Shown here: piece by piece, positions 26,343 through 38,125 of the stretch
How positions within the stretch are numbered: position 1 is the stretch's first letter
How the letters are laid out: each line of letters begins with the position of its first letter
From: Chromera velia
Lineage: Eukaryota
NCBI GenBank assembly: GCA_018398765.1
Contig: JAHBMJ010000153.1
Span: 1-55,319 of the forward strand
Length of the DNA: 55,319 nucleotides
Reading direction: 5' to 3'
Made by a program: the position numbers and the translations under genes
The notes under the pieces: generated by a model
The model's input: only the letters and a program-made list of their open reading frames with translations
Database searches by the model: none
What the model was told of the DNA's origin: nothing

Positions 26343-26564
26343 CCCCTGACCTTCTACTACAACGGTATGCAACCCTCTCCCCCCTCCAAATTTTGAAAAC
26401 CAAGTTTTTTAAACTTAAAAATGTGTTTTAATAATGGAGACGAACGGTCATTTTTACTTGACTAGTACGTAAAGCCCCCCCGCCCCCCCCCCCGTAGAGC
26501 CCGTTTATATGCCACTGGCAGTGTCTAGTCTGGCACTCAAATAAATTTTTATATGCATGGCCCC
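26280..26564. mobile_element. ~285-bp MITE with GGGGCCATG...CATGGCCCC termini and TAT target-site duplication
   Basis: Left ggggccatgtaaaaattcatttgagtg is an imperfect inverse of right cactcaaataaatttttatatgcatggcccc; TAT at 26277-26279 and 26565-26567. Confidence 0.65.
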
Positions 26565-27044
26565 TATGTATCTTGTAAAAAGTTTAGTTCTAGTACTAAC
26601 CCTAGTGTTTAGATCACTGTTAACTTTATTTTGAGACTTTTATCCTACAATTGGACCTTAATTCTATTTAGTACGTTACTATAATGTTCTATGATTATTC
26701 TATAAACAAATTTGAACACTGTCAGGAACACTGTATGTTATATATGGATTAGCTAAAGCCAAAAAGGTTGGTTCACTGGCTTTAACCACCTCAACTTAAT
26801 TCAATTCTCTAGCTAGTTCTATAGATTCAATTTAATGTAATTCTTTAGGCAATTCTATATATTCTCAACCAGAACAATACTATAAGAACATATATAAGAA
26901 GACTGTACTATAGGAAAAATACTATAGAAGGAATATATTGATAATGTATTTCTCTATACTAGTCTATCTATTGAATATATATCTAGATGTGATCTGTAAA
27001 TAAAGTTTAAAGTCTGGTTTGAGTCTGTGAACTCTAAAATATAT

Positions 27045-30000
27045 CCCCAATAAATGTTCACCCCTTTTGTGCACTTATTGAAGAAAAAGTGAACAAAGTG
27101 TACACACTTAGTGCACAAAAAATTTTTGTTCACTCCCTCTAACTTTCTAAAAAAAAAATATCCTATAAGCTTAAAATTCAAGCGTTAAGAGCAAAACTAA
27201 ACTTAGTCTCCACCGTCACTAGTAATGATGTCCTAATATTTTAAAAGCTTATACAACATATTTTGATATGTTCACATATGAACAACTATTTTGTTCACTT
27301 TTTAGAGTGAACAAAGTGTGAACAAAAAAAGTGAACATGGCTTTGTGCAGTGCACATTTTTTTGTTCACTTTGAGTGCACAAAAAGTGAACAAAAGTGAA
27401 CAAACAGTGAACAAAATTTTCAAAGCACCTACACCAGAGATCTTTGTGCAACACACGCCAAACTCTTTCAGTCACTCAGTGTCTACCTGTGCCCGCCTAA
27501 AGTGGGTCACTAGGCAGAGTCAGTCACTGCATGCATTCACTCTAACGGTCCCCTCCATCACCTCCCCCCCCCCCAAACGTCCAGTCCCCAAGCCTGTTTC
27601 CTCAGGGTTCTTGGGCCAGCTCTCTGAACCTGTACGTACAGCTCATCCAGCGACACGCACTGTGCAAAATCTTGCTTTCCTTCCTTTGTATTCTCAAACA
27701 CCTGCTCCCAAGTTGCGCTCTAGGTTGCGCTCCCCCCCATTGGTTTATCGAGAGTTTTGATCAGAGAAGGGGGGTCAATCGAAGTTGTCTGCAGGCTGAC
27801 ATGAGCAAGAAGGTCCCTCTCTTTGCTATGCATCCACACTTGCAACACTTTGTCAGTGAAAACAACATGCGGAAAGTTGCAGTGACGTGTCTTCACGAGG
27901 CTGCCAACCGTGACAAACTTCCCTGCAAAGTCTCGCGGGACATCTGCCTGCTTCCTCACCCTTTGAATCGGTTGCTTAGCTCTTTCGAGGGCCTCATTCG
28001 TCGGACACCCAGCTGACCTGGTACCTCAGGGGAGTGCAGGGGAGCGGGGGAGCCATCCAGCCTGAAAGCTAGACCAAGGTAGGTGCATGGTCTGGGGGAC
28101 GCAAGTTGATGAAGAAGTGTAAAAATGGATGAAGAATCAAGTCAAAAAGCAAAGGGGAGCGACGTCAAGGCTCTCTTACAGTTCTAGATCCCATCGTCCT
28201 GTCGAATCTGACGGAAGCGGTCCAAGTTGGAAAAAGAAGAAGGGTTGGAGTTGAGGAGAAGGACTTGAGACGGCAAAATGACCTAGAAAATGACACAGAA
28301 GCATCTTCCCACAGTTATATAGCGCTTTCCTTTTGATGCAATGAGACATCCCCCCGTTCAGAACTGCATTGGCAGCCTTCCACTGTGATGTGCTGATGTC
28401 CATCTTTTGTTGGAATGCTTTCAGATACAAGCTTGATTGGCAATTCCAGAAAGCAAGTCAGAACCAAGACACCAACTTGAAGGTCAGACACATGCATTTG
28501 TACGCCCTTGCATGCATGCATGCACTTAAATTCGCACGCGCACCCCAATTATCGCGCTTGCATGAGGGGCACGCAATAAAAGTACTGGATGATTAAGTGC
28601 CCCCCAAGTCAAACAAAAATAATTGGCGCACCGCCCGCGTGCGAACGTACTCAAAATGTCTGACCTTGCATGCTGCTTCACGCTGCTTTTGTCTGACACT
28701 TGCATCAGAGCGAACTATCTATATATACAATCTGACAGCAGATCGAAAACGGCTCTACGTAGGAAGAGCTCAAAGTCATACACCACCTCTCGACAGTGCG
28801 ATTGCTGCGTAACAGAGGACAAAATTCGCCCATTACGGCTTTTAATTACACAACGTTAAAACCCACGTTCAGTCTGTTTGTCCTACCTCATGTACACTGA
28901 TCCAAGAGACCGTCTGGGGGTAGGCTTGCGTTATGAGCGTTTTCTAGACAAATAGGCAACTGTGTATCTTCTTTTCTCAACAACCTCTCTACCGAAAACA
29001 GCTTCCAGGCCCCTCTGAGCTCATTTATTGCGCATGAACGATTTAAGGATAAAAAGAGCCCGACGTATATACGTACCACTTGTGCTGCCTCGCCATCTGC
29101 GGCTTCTTCTTTTTGGCCACTCAGTTCGCCTTGTGAGACGTTTGTCGGCTGTGCAAGTACACAGTTTCATCAATAAGTAGCTTTGGGGGGGTTTTAATCT
29201 CAAAGCAATTCGTATGCATAAGTTTCTTTTTGTGCAGGTCATTGGCGGTGGGTGGGCCGCGCCACCCATGAAGTCAGTCGACTCCTCTTGGCCAAAAGCG
29301 CCACCCACCCACCCAGGTGGAGGACGACAGTGTATCTCGGGGGGGCGGACGCACGCCATATTGCTCCGGTGATCCTGGAGTATTTGCTTGAACAGCACCC
29401 GTTCATTTTTGAGACTGCCCAGCCACCTGTCATCTGTTTCATGCTTCACTTCTACATTTCAGAGAAGCTTGGAGGGAGACGAACGGAGCAAGATCTTGAG
29501 GAGCTGGATCGATTGGTCAATGGATAGAGAATATTCTTTTCCCTTGCTTATGGCTGGGCTATGACATTGTCTAAGTCCCATATGTACAGACACTGGAGCT
29601 CTTGGATCAGAAAGTGGGGGTCAGCAGACACTGCAAAATCATATGGTTTTGAAAGTCATTTACATTATGTTTTGCGGAGATTTAAGAAGCAAAATGCAAG
29701 AAAGGGTCACTATAAGTGGATTTCAGAAGACTTGATCATCTGATGGCTTTTCGTGCGACGCGAAAAGGCCAAAAAGTAGCATGCAGAGCGAGCAGGTAAC
29801 AATGCGGGATGACAGTCTTATTTGCATGAAAAATGGCCATTCATGGCATATTTGCCGTTTGTGTATACACAGTTATGTTCCGTTGTCTTGTTTCTTTGAT
29901 GTGTTGCTCTTATTCTATTTGGTTTTACGTTTACAAAAAAGTGAACAAAAAGTGAACATAATTTTGCGAATGTTTTGTGTTCACTTCATGTTCACTCTTT

Positions 30001-30292
30001 GTTCACACTTTATTCACTCTAAAAAGTGAACAAAATAGTTATTCATATGTGAACATATCAAAATATGTTGTATAAGCTTTTAAAATGCTAGGACATCATT
30101 ACTAGTTTAGTTTTGCTCTTAGAGTTTTGACGCTTGAATTTTAAGTTTATAGGATATTTTTTTTTTAGAAAGTTAGAGGAAGTGAACAAAATTTTTTTGT
30201 GCACACTCAGTGCACATTTTGTTTACATTTTGTTCACTTTTTGTTCACTCTTTGTTCACTGAGTGCACAAAAAGGGTGAACATTTATTGGGG
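27045..30292 (+). mobile_element. Decayed CMC-superfamily (CACTA/EnSpm/Plavaka-like) DNA transposon, ~3.25 kb
   Basis: ~290-bp imperfect terminal inverted repeats starting CCCCAATAAATGTTCACCC (27045) and ending GGGTGAACATTTATTGGGG (30292); many subterminal GTGAACAAA / TTTGTTCAC motifs in both orientations; internal transposase remnant. No clear TSD. Confidence 0.8.
29238..29743 (+). pseudogene. C-terminal remnant of a CACTA/Plavaka-type transposase
   Basis: TEQDLEELDRLV..*..SKSHMYRHWSSWIRKWGSADTAKSYGFESHLHYVLRR fits the K-x-H-x3-H-x4-IR-x-[FW]G...FE motif of CMC transposases; interrupted by a stop at 29525-29527 and an upstream frameshift. Confidence 0.65.
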
Positions 30293-30330
30293 AACATTTG
30301 AAATGCACTTTAAATTGTTTTTGGCATACA

Positions 30331-30539
30331 CTAGGCATCGGCTAAAGAAAAAAAAAAAGAAAAAAAGTAAGTGATCAGAGGAGATCTTTTTTTTTTTTTT
30401 CTTTTTTACTTTTCTACTCTAAACAACACTCAACAACAGTTGTGCAACATATGAACAACACTTGTGCAATAAAAAAGAAAAAAAATGAAGGGTTAATTTT
30501 GGGGGATCTTTTTTTTTTTTTTCTTTAGCCGACGCCTAG
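30331..30539. mobile_element. ~209-bp MITE with A/T-tailed terminal inverted repeats
   Basis: ctaggcatcggctaaagaaaaaaaaaaaa ... ttttttttttttctttagccgacgcctag (one mismatch). CTAG (or TA) at both ends can be read as the TSD. Confidence 0.75.
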
Positions 30540-31619
30540 GACATATATTGAAAAATGTTTTAAAAGGCTAAAGAGACCTCCGTAAACCTAACTACCACTT
30601 AAAAGTTCAGGCCACATTTTTAGATAAGCTTGAAAATCCGTGCCGCAGGCGTGGATCATTTATGGTGTCTTGATTGCCAAAGCCGCATATCTGGACGGTG
30701 TCTTGACCGTCTACGCCGCAGGTAGCCGCAGGCGTGGACGGTCTCTTAAAAAAAGATGCCGCAGATAGAGATGATCTTGATTATATTTTTTTAAGTGGCA
30801 CTTAGGTTCAGGGAGGTTGCTAAAGAATCCTAAACAACACATCAATGTGTTAAAACTTTTTATTCTTAAAGTTTTATATATATAAAACCAAAGAAGTTTT
30901 CAAATTTAAAGTCTGTGGTCAGACTTTATTATAAAAATAACTTTACAGATCACACCTAGATATATATGTACAAAAAACGCCGAACGCTGCCGGCTATAAG
31001 CTGATGGTTACCATTTTGTTCAAGTTTCATAGAGCTTTTGATTTTTAATAAGTTTTAAATAACTTTTAAACTAAAAATAAAAACACCAATACGTCACCAT
31101 CAACATCACTCACATCCAACATGATTAATGCTATTAAAGAATTTAAAGTAAGATGCTAGGTAAGATGCCAGAGTACTGTTGCTGCTAGTGCTGCCATTGA
31201 CTCAGATTTACGAGCAGGTCGATCGATTTGCTCAGACGTCGGCACACCAAGGTTTATGAACAAGTTGCAGCTCACTGGCAGCCTAGCGCGTCACACTGAC
31301 AGTTGATTCTCATTCTTTTTTACTAGCTTTTTAACTTCGATCCACCCCATGCGCCGTGAAAAGTTCACTGAAAACAAACTACTAGTGGAACCCGACCTCC
31401 AGCTAGACCTCATTTGTTTCGATGCGCTGGCATGTGAGCACGTCAAAGCCCCTTCTGATCACCATTCCTCTTCTTGAAAGTCTCCTCTCCCTACGCCCGC
31501 TCCCCTTTTACTCCCCATCCCCTTGCCTTTTCAGTCGTCGACTCTATCCTATTCTTGCCGTCTTGATTCACTCTCCCTCCGATTAATTTCTTCCTTTCGG
31601 CCCCTGCTGAATCGTCGTC

Positions 31620-31730
31620 CTATTTCTGCGTCCAGCTGAAAGGATTGTTCCTTGGCATGATGACGATGCCTGCTTCAACCGCAACATACCCCTGCAAAAG
31701 CGTACATCACTCACACGCACACGCACACGC

Positions 31731-31785
<55 letters not shown>

Positions 31786-33446
31786 TCAGGGAGGCGGCAG
31801 GTGGAGAGGAAACGATGTAATTTGCATTCAGACAATTCGAACGCGCAAGCAATTTCGCAAATACACGGGAAAACAATAACCACGCCAAATCCCCTCAAAT
31901 TTCAGAACTTTGCTTGCACTTGCCTTTCCCCCCCCCGTTTCTTGACCTCTCATTGTCCCCTGACGGGAATTTCTGGACACTTCTGTAGCGCTGCAATGAC
32001 TGTTCATCCACTGCTGTCTTTTTCGCCCCAACCAGATTCCCTCGCCCCCGTTTCTTTATTTCTTCCAAACTGCCCCAAATGATTCCCTCGGTCCGTTCTT
32101 TCCTCACTCACTTCCCCTTTCCTTCCACCCCTGACAGATAGGCAGATAGACAGACTGACTTTCATGAAGTTGGCGTCGATGAGGGCACAGACGATGGAAA
32201 GGATCTCGTCCGGATCTACCGCCTCGATCGGCTGCTGCCACTTGACGGCGCTGTGCAGGTACGAGAGCGGAATGAAGTTCGGTTTGATGTCCGCAGCAGG
32301 GTCGACTTTGCCAGACGTTGCCCACTTCTCCCACCGTCGGTGCCTGCGTGAGGACATCAAGAGGCAGGGCACCAAAGAGACAGACAAGCAGGAGCCACGG
32401 TAGACAGACAGAGAGATTCTAATGGGATGGCTGTCTGGCCAGGGAGGCATACAGGAAGGGACCGACGAGGCCCGATGCATTCTGTATCGCTTGTACGAGT
32501 TTTTCTGTCGTCACTTTCTTTCTATCGTCCTCGTTCCTTGATTTCTTTCTGGGCTTGCGTCATCGTCTGCCATACATGTCCTGATGAAGATGGACGCATA
32601 AATAATGGGATCACTTCACATTTGGACTAGAAACGGGGAGGGAAAGAGCATATGCAAAGACAAAGACCCATCCCCATTCGTAGACATTCAGACAACACAA
32701 GGAAAATTACTTTTCGACGATGACAACAAAGAGAGCTTTTTTTGTATCCACATGCAAACACTGACGCGAGGAAAAACAGTCTTTTGTAGACATTCGTGAT
32801 CGTCATCTCGGCAGGGAGCAAAATCTCTGGCCTCATCAGGGAGACTACAGCAGGATCTCTCTGCAGTCACTCAGCTCAGGAAAAGAAGGAATAGAAGGAG
32901 GGATGAATGAAAAGAGGGACGGGGGTCTCCGAGCAGTCAGGAGTGGAAATCCTCAAGCAAGCAAGCAAGAAAGGAAACGAAAGACATACAATGTGCATTC
33001 CCCTATTGCATCATCTCTCCAACCTTCTTCCCTCGGTCCTCTCCTTCCCTGTCTGATTTGCTTCTCTTGCATGGCATCTGCACGATGTCACTCGCTTGAA
33101 GGGGAATCATCTGATCTGCTCAAATACTTGTCCAAAGGGCTGGGCGAGACGGCTGTATGGAACATCTTCGTGGCACTACATTGTACGCGTGTTCGTGAAT
33201 GTTTTGGTCTGTCTTCGTCTGGAATGAGACACACGGGGACCACATAAACCAAAAGAAACAGAGGGGCGACAGCAAGAAGCAAAATGTGCAGAAGAGAAGA
33301 AGGAAGGACACAGAAATCAATCCGACCATTGTCATCTGCCAGAGAGTGACGTTGCCGAGCCGTACTGCTGTCGCAAGAGGGATCAGGTGCCTCAGCCTGC
33401 GCGCACGCCCGCACGCACACACATGCACACACACACACACACACAT

Positions 33447-33477
<31 letters not shown>

Positions 33478-33486
33478 CAGACAGAC

Positions 33487-33526
<40 letters not shown>

Positions 33527-34012
33527 GCGTCAGCGACACCGGTAATCTCTTCTTCTCCGTATTTTCCAAATGGAGGCACAGACAGACAGACAGGCAGATA
33601 GGCAGGCAGGAGGAGAAACCAACAGACAGAAAAAGAGACTCCAGAGACCCTTATTTCTCTACCGACTGCCTACGTACCCGTATTCTTCTAGGAGCCCCTC
33701 GGGGGGTGAACAGTCCAACCTCAAGCGAACGATGACGAGGCACTCCAGAATTCGTCTGCATCCAGAGAGACAGCAGAGACGGCGGACAGAAAGACAGAGG
33801 GACAGACGATGCTTCGAGAAGGGGAAAACATCGGACGTGGAGAGAGCACGCACGATCCTTCCCATCAATAAAAAAGGAAAACATAATTTCCTCCTTTCTG
33901 TCGTTCTTTACTTCATCGCCTCCTTCCTTCTTTCTCTTCTTCCTTCCCCCCGCCCCTTTTTCTTAAGATCTTTCTTCCTTCCTTACTTCCTTCCTTTCTT
34001 TCTTTCTTTCTT

Positions 34013-34051
<39 letters not shown>

Positions 34052-34152
34052 TCTTTCTTTTGTTCTTTCTCTTGTTCCTTCCCCCCGTCTCTTTTTCTCA
34101 AGATCTTTCTTTCTTTCTTTCTTTCTTGCTTTCTTTCTTCCTTCCTTCCTTC

Positions 34153-34183
<31 letters not shown>

Positions 34184-37100
34184 TGTTCTTTCTCTTCTTC
34201 CTTCCCCTCATCTCTTTTTCTCAAGATCTTTCTTTCTTCCTTTCTTCCTTCCTTCTTTCCTTCCTTTTTCTCTGTGTCCACGCTGTCACGCGTGACGGCG
34301 ACGCACCTTTTCATTCCTACTGCGTCCTTTCTGCACTGCTTGAACGCTTCTGTCAGGTTTTTGTTGGCCTGCAAAAACGTTGAAGGAAGAAGGAAGGAAG
34401 GAAGGAATGAAGCAGGTATTCACACACGACTGCCTGTCTAATCGCTCCTGCGCCCTTACTCTCCTTGTTCCCCCCCTTCCCCCAACTCCTCTAGTTTCAA
34501 GAAAAGCCGCGGAGACGGACACCGTGCTCGAATTCTCTCTTTTGTCTGTCTTATTCATGGGGCAGCCTGACACACGGCAAGGCAGAGAGATTCCAATAGG
34601 AGAGCAAAAGAAGAAGCAAAAGCGTTACAGAGACACAGAATAGATGAATGAAAGCAACTTTCCAATGAATGATTTTGTGCAGCAGCGCTAAAAATACCAC
34701 GGGAAAGAAACGCAGGGCTTGTGAGCACACAAAGCGCACAGAGAGGTCAGGCCGTGGCCGGCCATTCCTATCTGTCCTCTCCCCAAAGAAAAGACACTCC
34801 AATGATTGCATAAAGAACCAACGGACATCTGAGAAGTATTCCATCATCATGTCATTGCGACCCCTGTTGAACAGGAAGGAAATCTGCACGGGCAGCAGAT
34901 TCAAAGGAGACAGACAGATGAGTCACTTGTTTTGGCTGAGTTCATACATGGACATACACAAGCATGCATGCATGCATCCATTTGTCCAGAAGTGAAAAGG
35001 GCTAATCGATGCCTCTCTACTGACAGACAAAGCAAGGCAAAGTAAAGCAACGCAAAGTATAAGCCGGCGGGGACGATGCAGATCAGCAGACGGGGGGGCA
35101 ACATGAGAGCGAGAGCCAGGAAGGAAGGAAATTGGGGAGACACGAGCGACGGGCTCACTCAGAGAAAGAGAGGGGTCGACAGTTCCCTTTTCGTTCACCT
35201 TCCTCTTTGTTCGAATCTGCACTCCCTTCCTCCCTCCCTCCCTGGCTGACCTCTGCCCCCTTCGGGAGATTCATTCGGTCAATGTACATGTTTTCCCTGC
35301 AGTAGGTGACGGCAAGCAAACAAGAGATTTGACGCACGACATATCGACAAGCAAACATGAGAAAGAACGACCGAGGAGCCTCAGACACACGAATGAAAAA
35401 CTCGACTGACCTTTGTTTGAGAAACATCCCCGACTGTCCATATGCCCCCAACTGCACACATTCAGGTGTGTGGGTCAACAAAAAAAAAAAAGAGAAACAA
35501 GCAGGTTTTGTTTGTTGACTTGTCTTCCATCTGCAGGTGTCCAAATCCAAAGCTGCTGGCCATCCGTCGGAGGGCACGAAGATGAGCGGCCGCTTTGAGA
35601 TTCAAGTAGAAGTTATTAATACATCCAGCACAGAGGCAGCCCCACTGGCAAACTAATGCCGCTTCTTCGAGTTATGCATACAAACCGAGCAAACAAGAAG
35701 GGAAAGCCAGATAAGGGGACCACAATGCTCTCTCGAACAAATCGACAGATCGGTTACTGTTGCGGGACTGTCTCTTTTGCTCCTTCTCATCCATCATGCA
35801 TCCCGCTCACATTCCTTCCTTAGTTATTTCCTGACTGACTGACTGACTGACTGACGGTTGAGAACAAATCGAGAATGTTCGCCAGCACCACCACCGTGGC
35901 TGCACAAAATCCAATCCAAAAAAGAGAACGCATAGGGCAGGTGTCTGATAAGCCTCCCCTTGTGACGTTTTTTGTTTCACTTACTTTCTCTTCCCCCCCG
36001 AACCTCAAATCTCTCCCGCCTGCTGCCTGGGTGTCTGACCATCAGGATATCTCGTTTGGTGACCTAGAGTCAATCAGGTCCCTCGATCACTTCACCCATA
36101 CGGGAACCGCACGAGAAAACCAAATGAGACAGGAGCACAAGATCTCACGCGCAAAAGTCATACAGAGAGACCGGCAGGCAGAGTAAATTAGTACGCAACC
36201 CCCGGACATGCTCATCCGACCGCAAATCTCCATTCACAGAAGAAACAAACATCTCTACATACATCCCACTCTCTTACCGGCCTATACACAGAGAAACAGA
36301 GGCGAAGGAAGCCAACTGACTGACTGGCATGAGTATAGTTTCTATCTCCCGGCCTTGCTGCCTGTGCCATGCATTTCCGCAGAGGGGTGATCATCGACTC
36401 CGCCCTCTCGACAGACATTCCCTGACCCCCCGAATCGTCCCCTTCCTCCCCCCCGTCTTCCTCCTGTGTTTGCTTCGATGAAATCGCCTGCAAGCTTGCA
36501 CAAATGCACAATCATCATTTGTAAATTAAAACTAGTTTTCACGTATGCACTGAATGTTTGCAACGCAGTGTGATGACCCCCCGCTTTTGGTCTTCTCGTT
36601 CCTTGTACAAGGTCCCCTCTGGGGAGTGGGCAACTTTCTTTCTTTCTTTCTTTTCTTTCTCCTTTTCTGCCCCCCTGCACGTCTCACCTGGAGTCCCGTC
36701 TTTTTGAGGACATGCACCAGAGTAACGAAAACCTTCACTGGCCACTTGTCATTTTCGGTCATCGTCATGGCGTGCCATTTCCTGAGGGGCGACAGCGGGG
36801 GAAGAGACGCACGCCCACACAATTGAGGGTAGACACACAAGGGACAAAACACGCACACGCATGATCGGGGACGGGGCAGACTGACCAGAAGAGAAAGCGG
36901 CATACTTCTGATCTGAACCTTTCCGCTCGGTCACTTGTCTTCTTTGTGAAGAAAAATTGAACCAAGACACCGGTCGACACCACGACTGGCAGAAAAGAGA
37001 GAGGAACCAATAAATAAGCTGCTGACAACATTGAAACCCCAGGCCTGAATGCACTTTCTTTAACCGTCCAAAAGGACCTCTCTTACAGGCAAATAAGTAC

Positions 37101-37695
37101 AAAAAAAGGCAGCAGGCAGATAAACATACAGAGAGGAGAGAGAGGGTGAAGAGAAAGAGAGAGGGAAAATACGCCGACAGACTCACTCCAGAGCGCTTCC
37201 TGCTGCTCGTGTTGCTCGTTCAGGCATCAGCCTCCTCCCCTGTTTGACATAACCCTGCCACTCCACCAGAAATTGTACGTACTCCTTCAGAAAGTCAGCG
37301 TATGTGCCCCCGATCTGAAGCGCTTCCCTTGACTGCAAGCAAAATGGAGTCACAAAAGAAAGTGCGGGTCAGGGACAGCTGAATAAAGAAGTCACTCGAG
37401 GAGCAAGCCGTCAACGTCCAGAACCACAGAAAAAATTTCATGCCAAGATCTGTGCGGGGATGCGACTACCTCCTCAGAGAGAAGAGACGGCTTCCTGCCG
37501 GAGGAGACGGATAGCGGGAAGAAGCTGACACCAACTCACCCCCTTTTCGGGCGATATCTCATCCAGCTGAGAAATTGCGTTCGGCTCCCTCTTGAAGGGG
37601 TCGAGCAGGGAGCAGAGGCTCGCGTCATCTTGGCTTTCAATGCATGTCCGGATTTGGACGAGAAACTGCTTCACGGTTCGTCCTGACGACCGCAT
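31620..37695 (-). CDS. PCI-domain protein, PCID2/THP1/CSN12-like (TREX-2 / COP9-associated), ~14 exons
   Basis: Exons include 37695-37540, 37332-37187, 36781-36688, 36487-~36326, ~35900-35855, ~35640-35520 (uncertain), ~35296-35251, ~34883-34827, ~34368-34307, ~33755-33678, ~33396-33327, ~32860-32766, 32343-32160, 31691-31620. Peptides ISFLFNRGRNDMMMEYFSDANKNLTEAFKQC...KRRILECLVIVRLRL..PPEGLLEEYGL..L..AVRLGNV...VYKRLF...DEILSIVCALIDANFMKGYV...IVIMPRNNPF are colinear with PCID2 motifs. Confidence 0.85.
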
Positions 37696-38125
37696 GGTGA
37701 TACGATCAAGTGCAGAGACAGTTACGAGACGGGAAGAAACCGGTGCTGCCTGTTTTTTCTAGTCTTGCTTTTGCGTAACGGACCAATCCTGAAACCCATC
37801 ACAAACTCACAGTTGCTGTAGTCGCAGCACTAAGGTGATCGATCCAGAGGGAATCTTTTTGCGATCACCTCTGTCGATTTTTGTGACTTTCTCCGAAGGA
37901 GACTGAATGATTGTCGGTAGCAGAACTTTGACAGTGATCCTGGCCACGATCGAAGCCTGACGTCGTGACGGGTGAATGCAGTGCTGCTTGTACCTCTGCA
38001 CTTCTCACAATTTCGAAATGTCGATATAAGTCCTGCTTCCAGATGGCTCCATGGTCGATTTCAGGGCATCTCCTGCCAAGTTTGTGTACTTCGCCGCTGC
38101 TGTACTACCCATTTAGGAATTGTTT

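Noticed and set aside
26120..30968. One giant nested inverted-repeat element around the CMC transposon
   Set aside because: Short inverted matches (~26160 vs ~30810; ~26980 vs ~30950) are not in nested order, so they are more likely dispersed repeat fragments.
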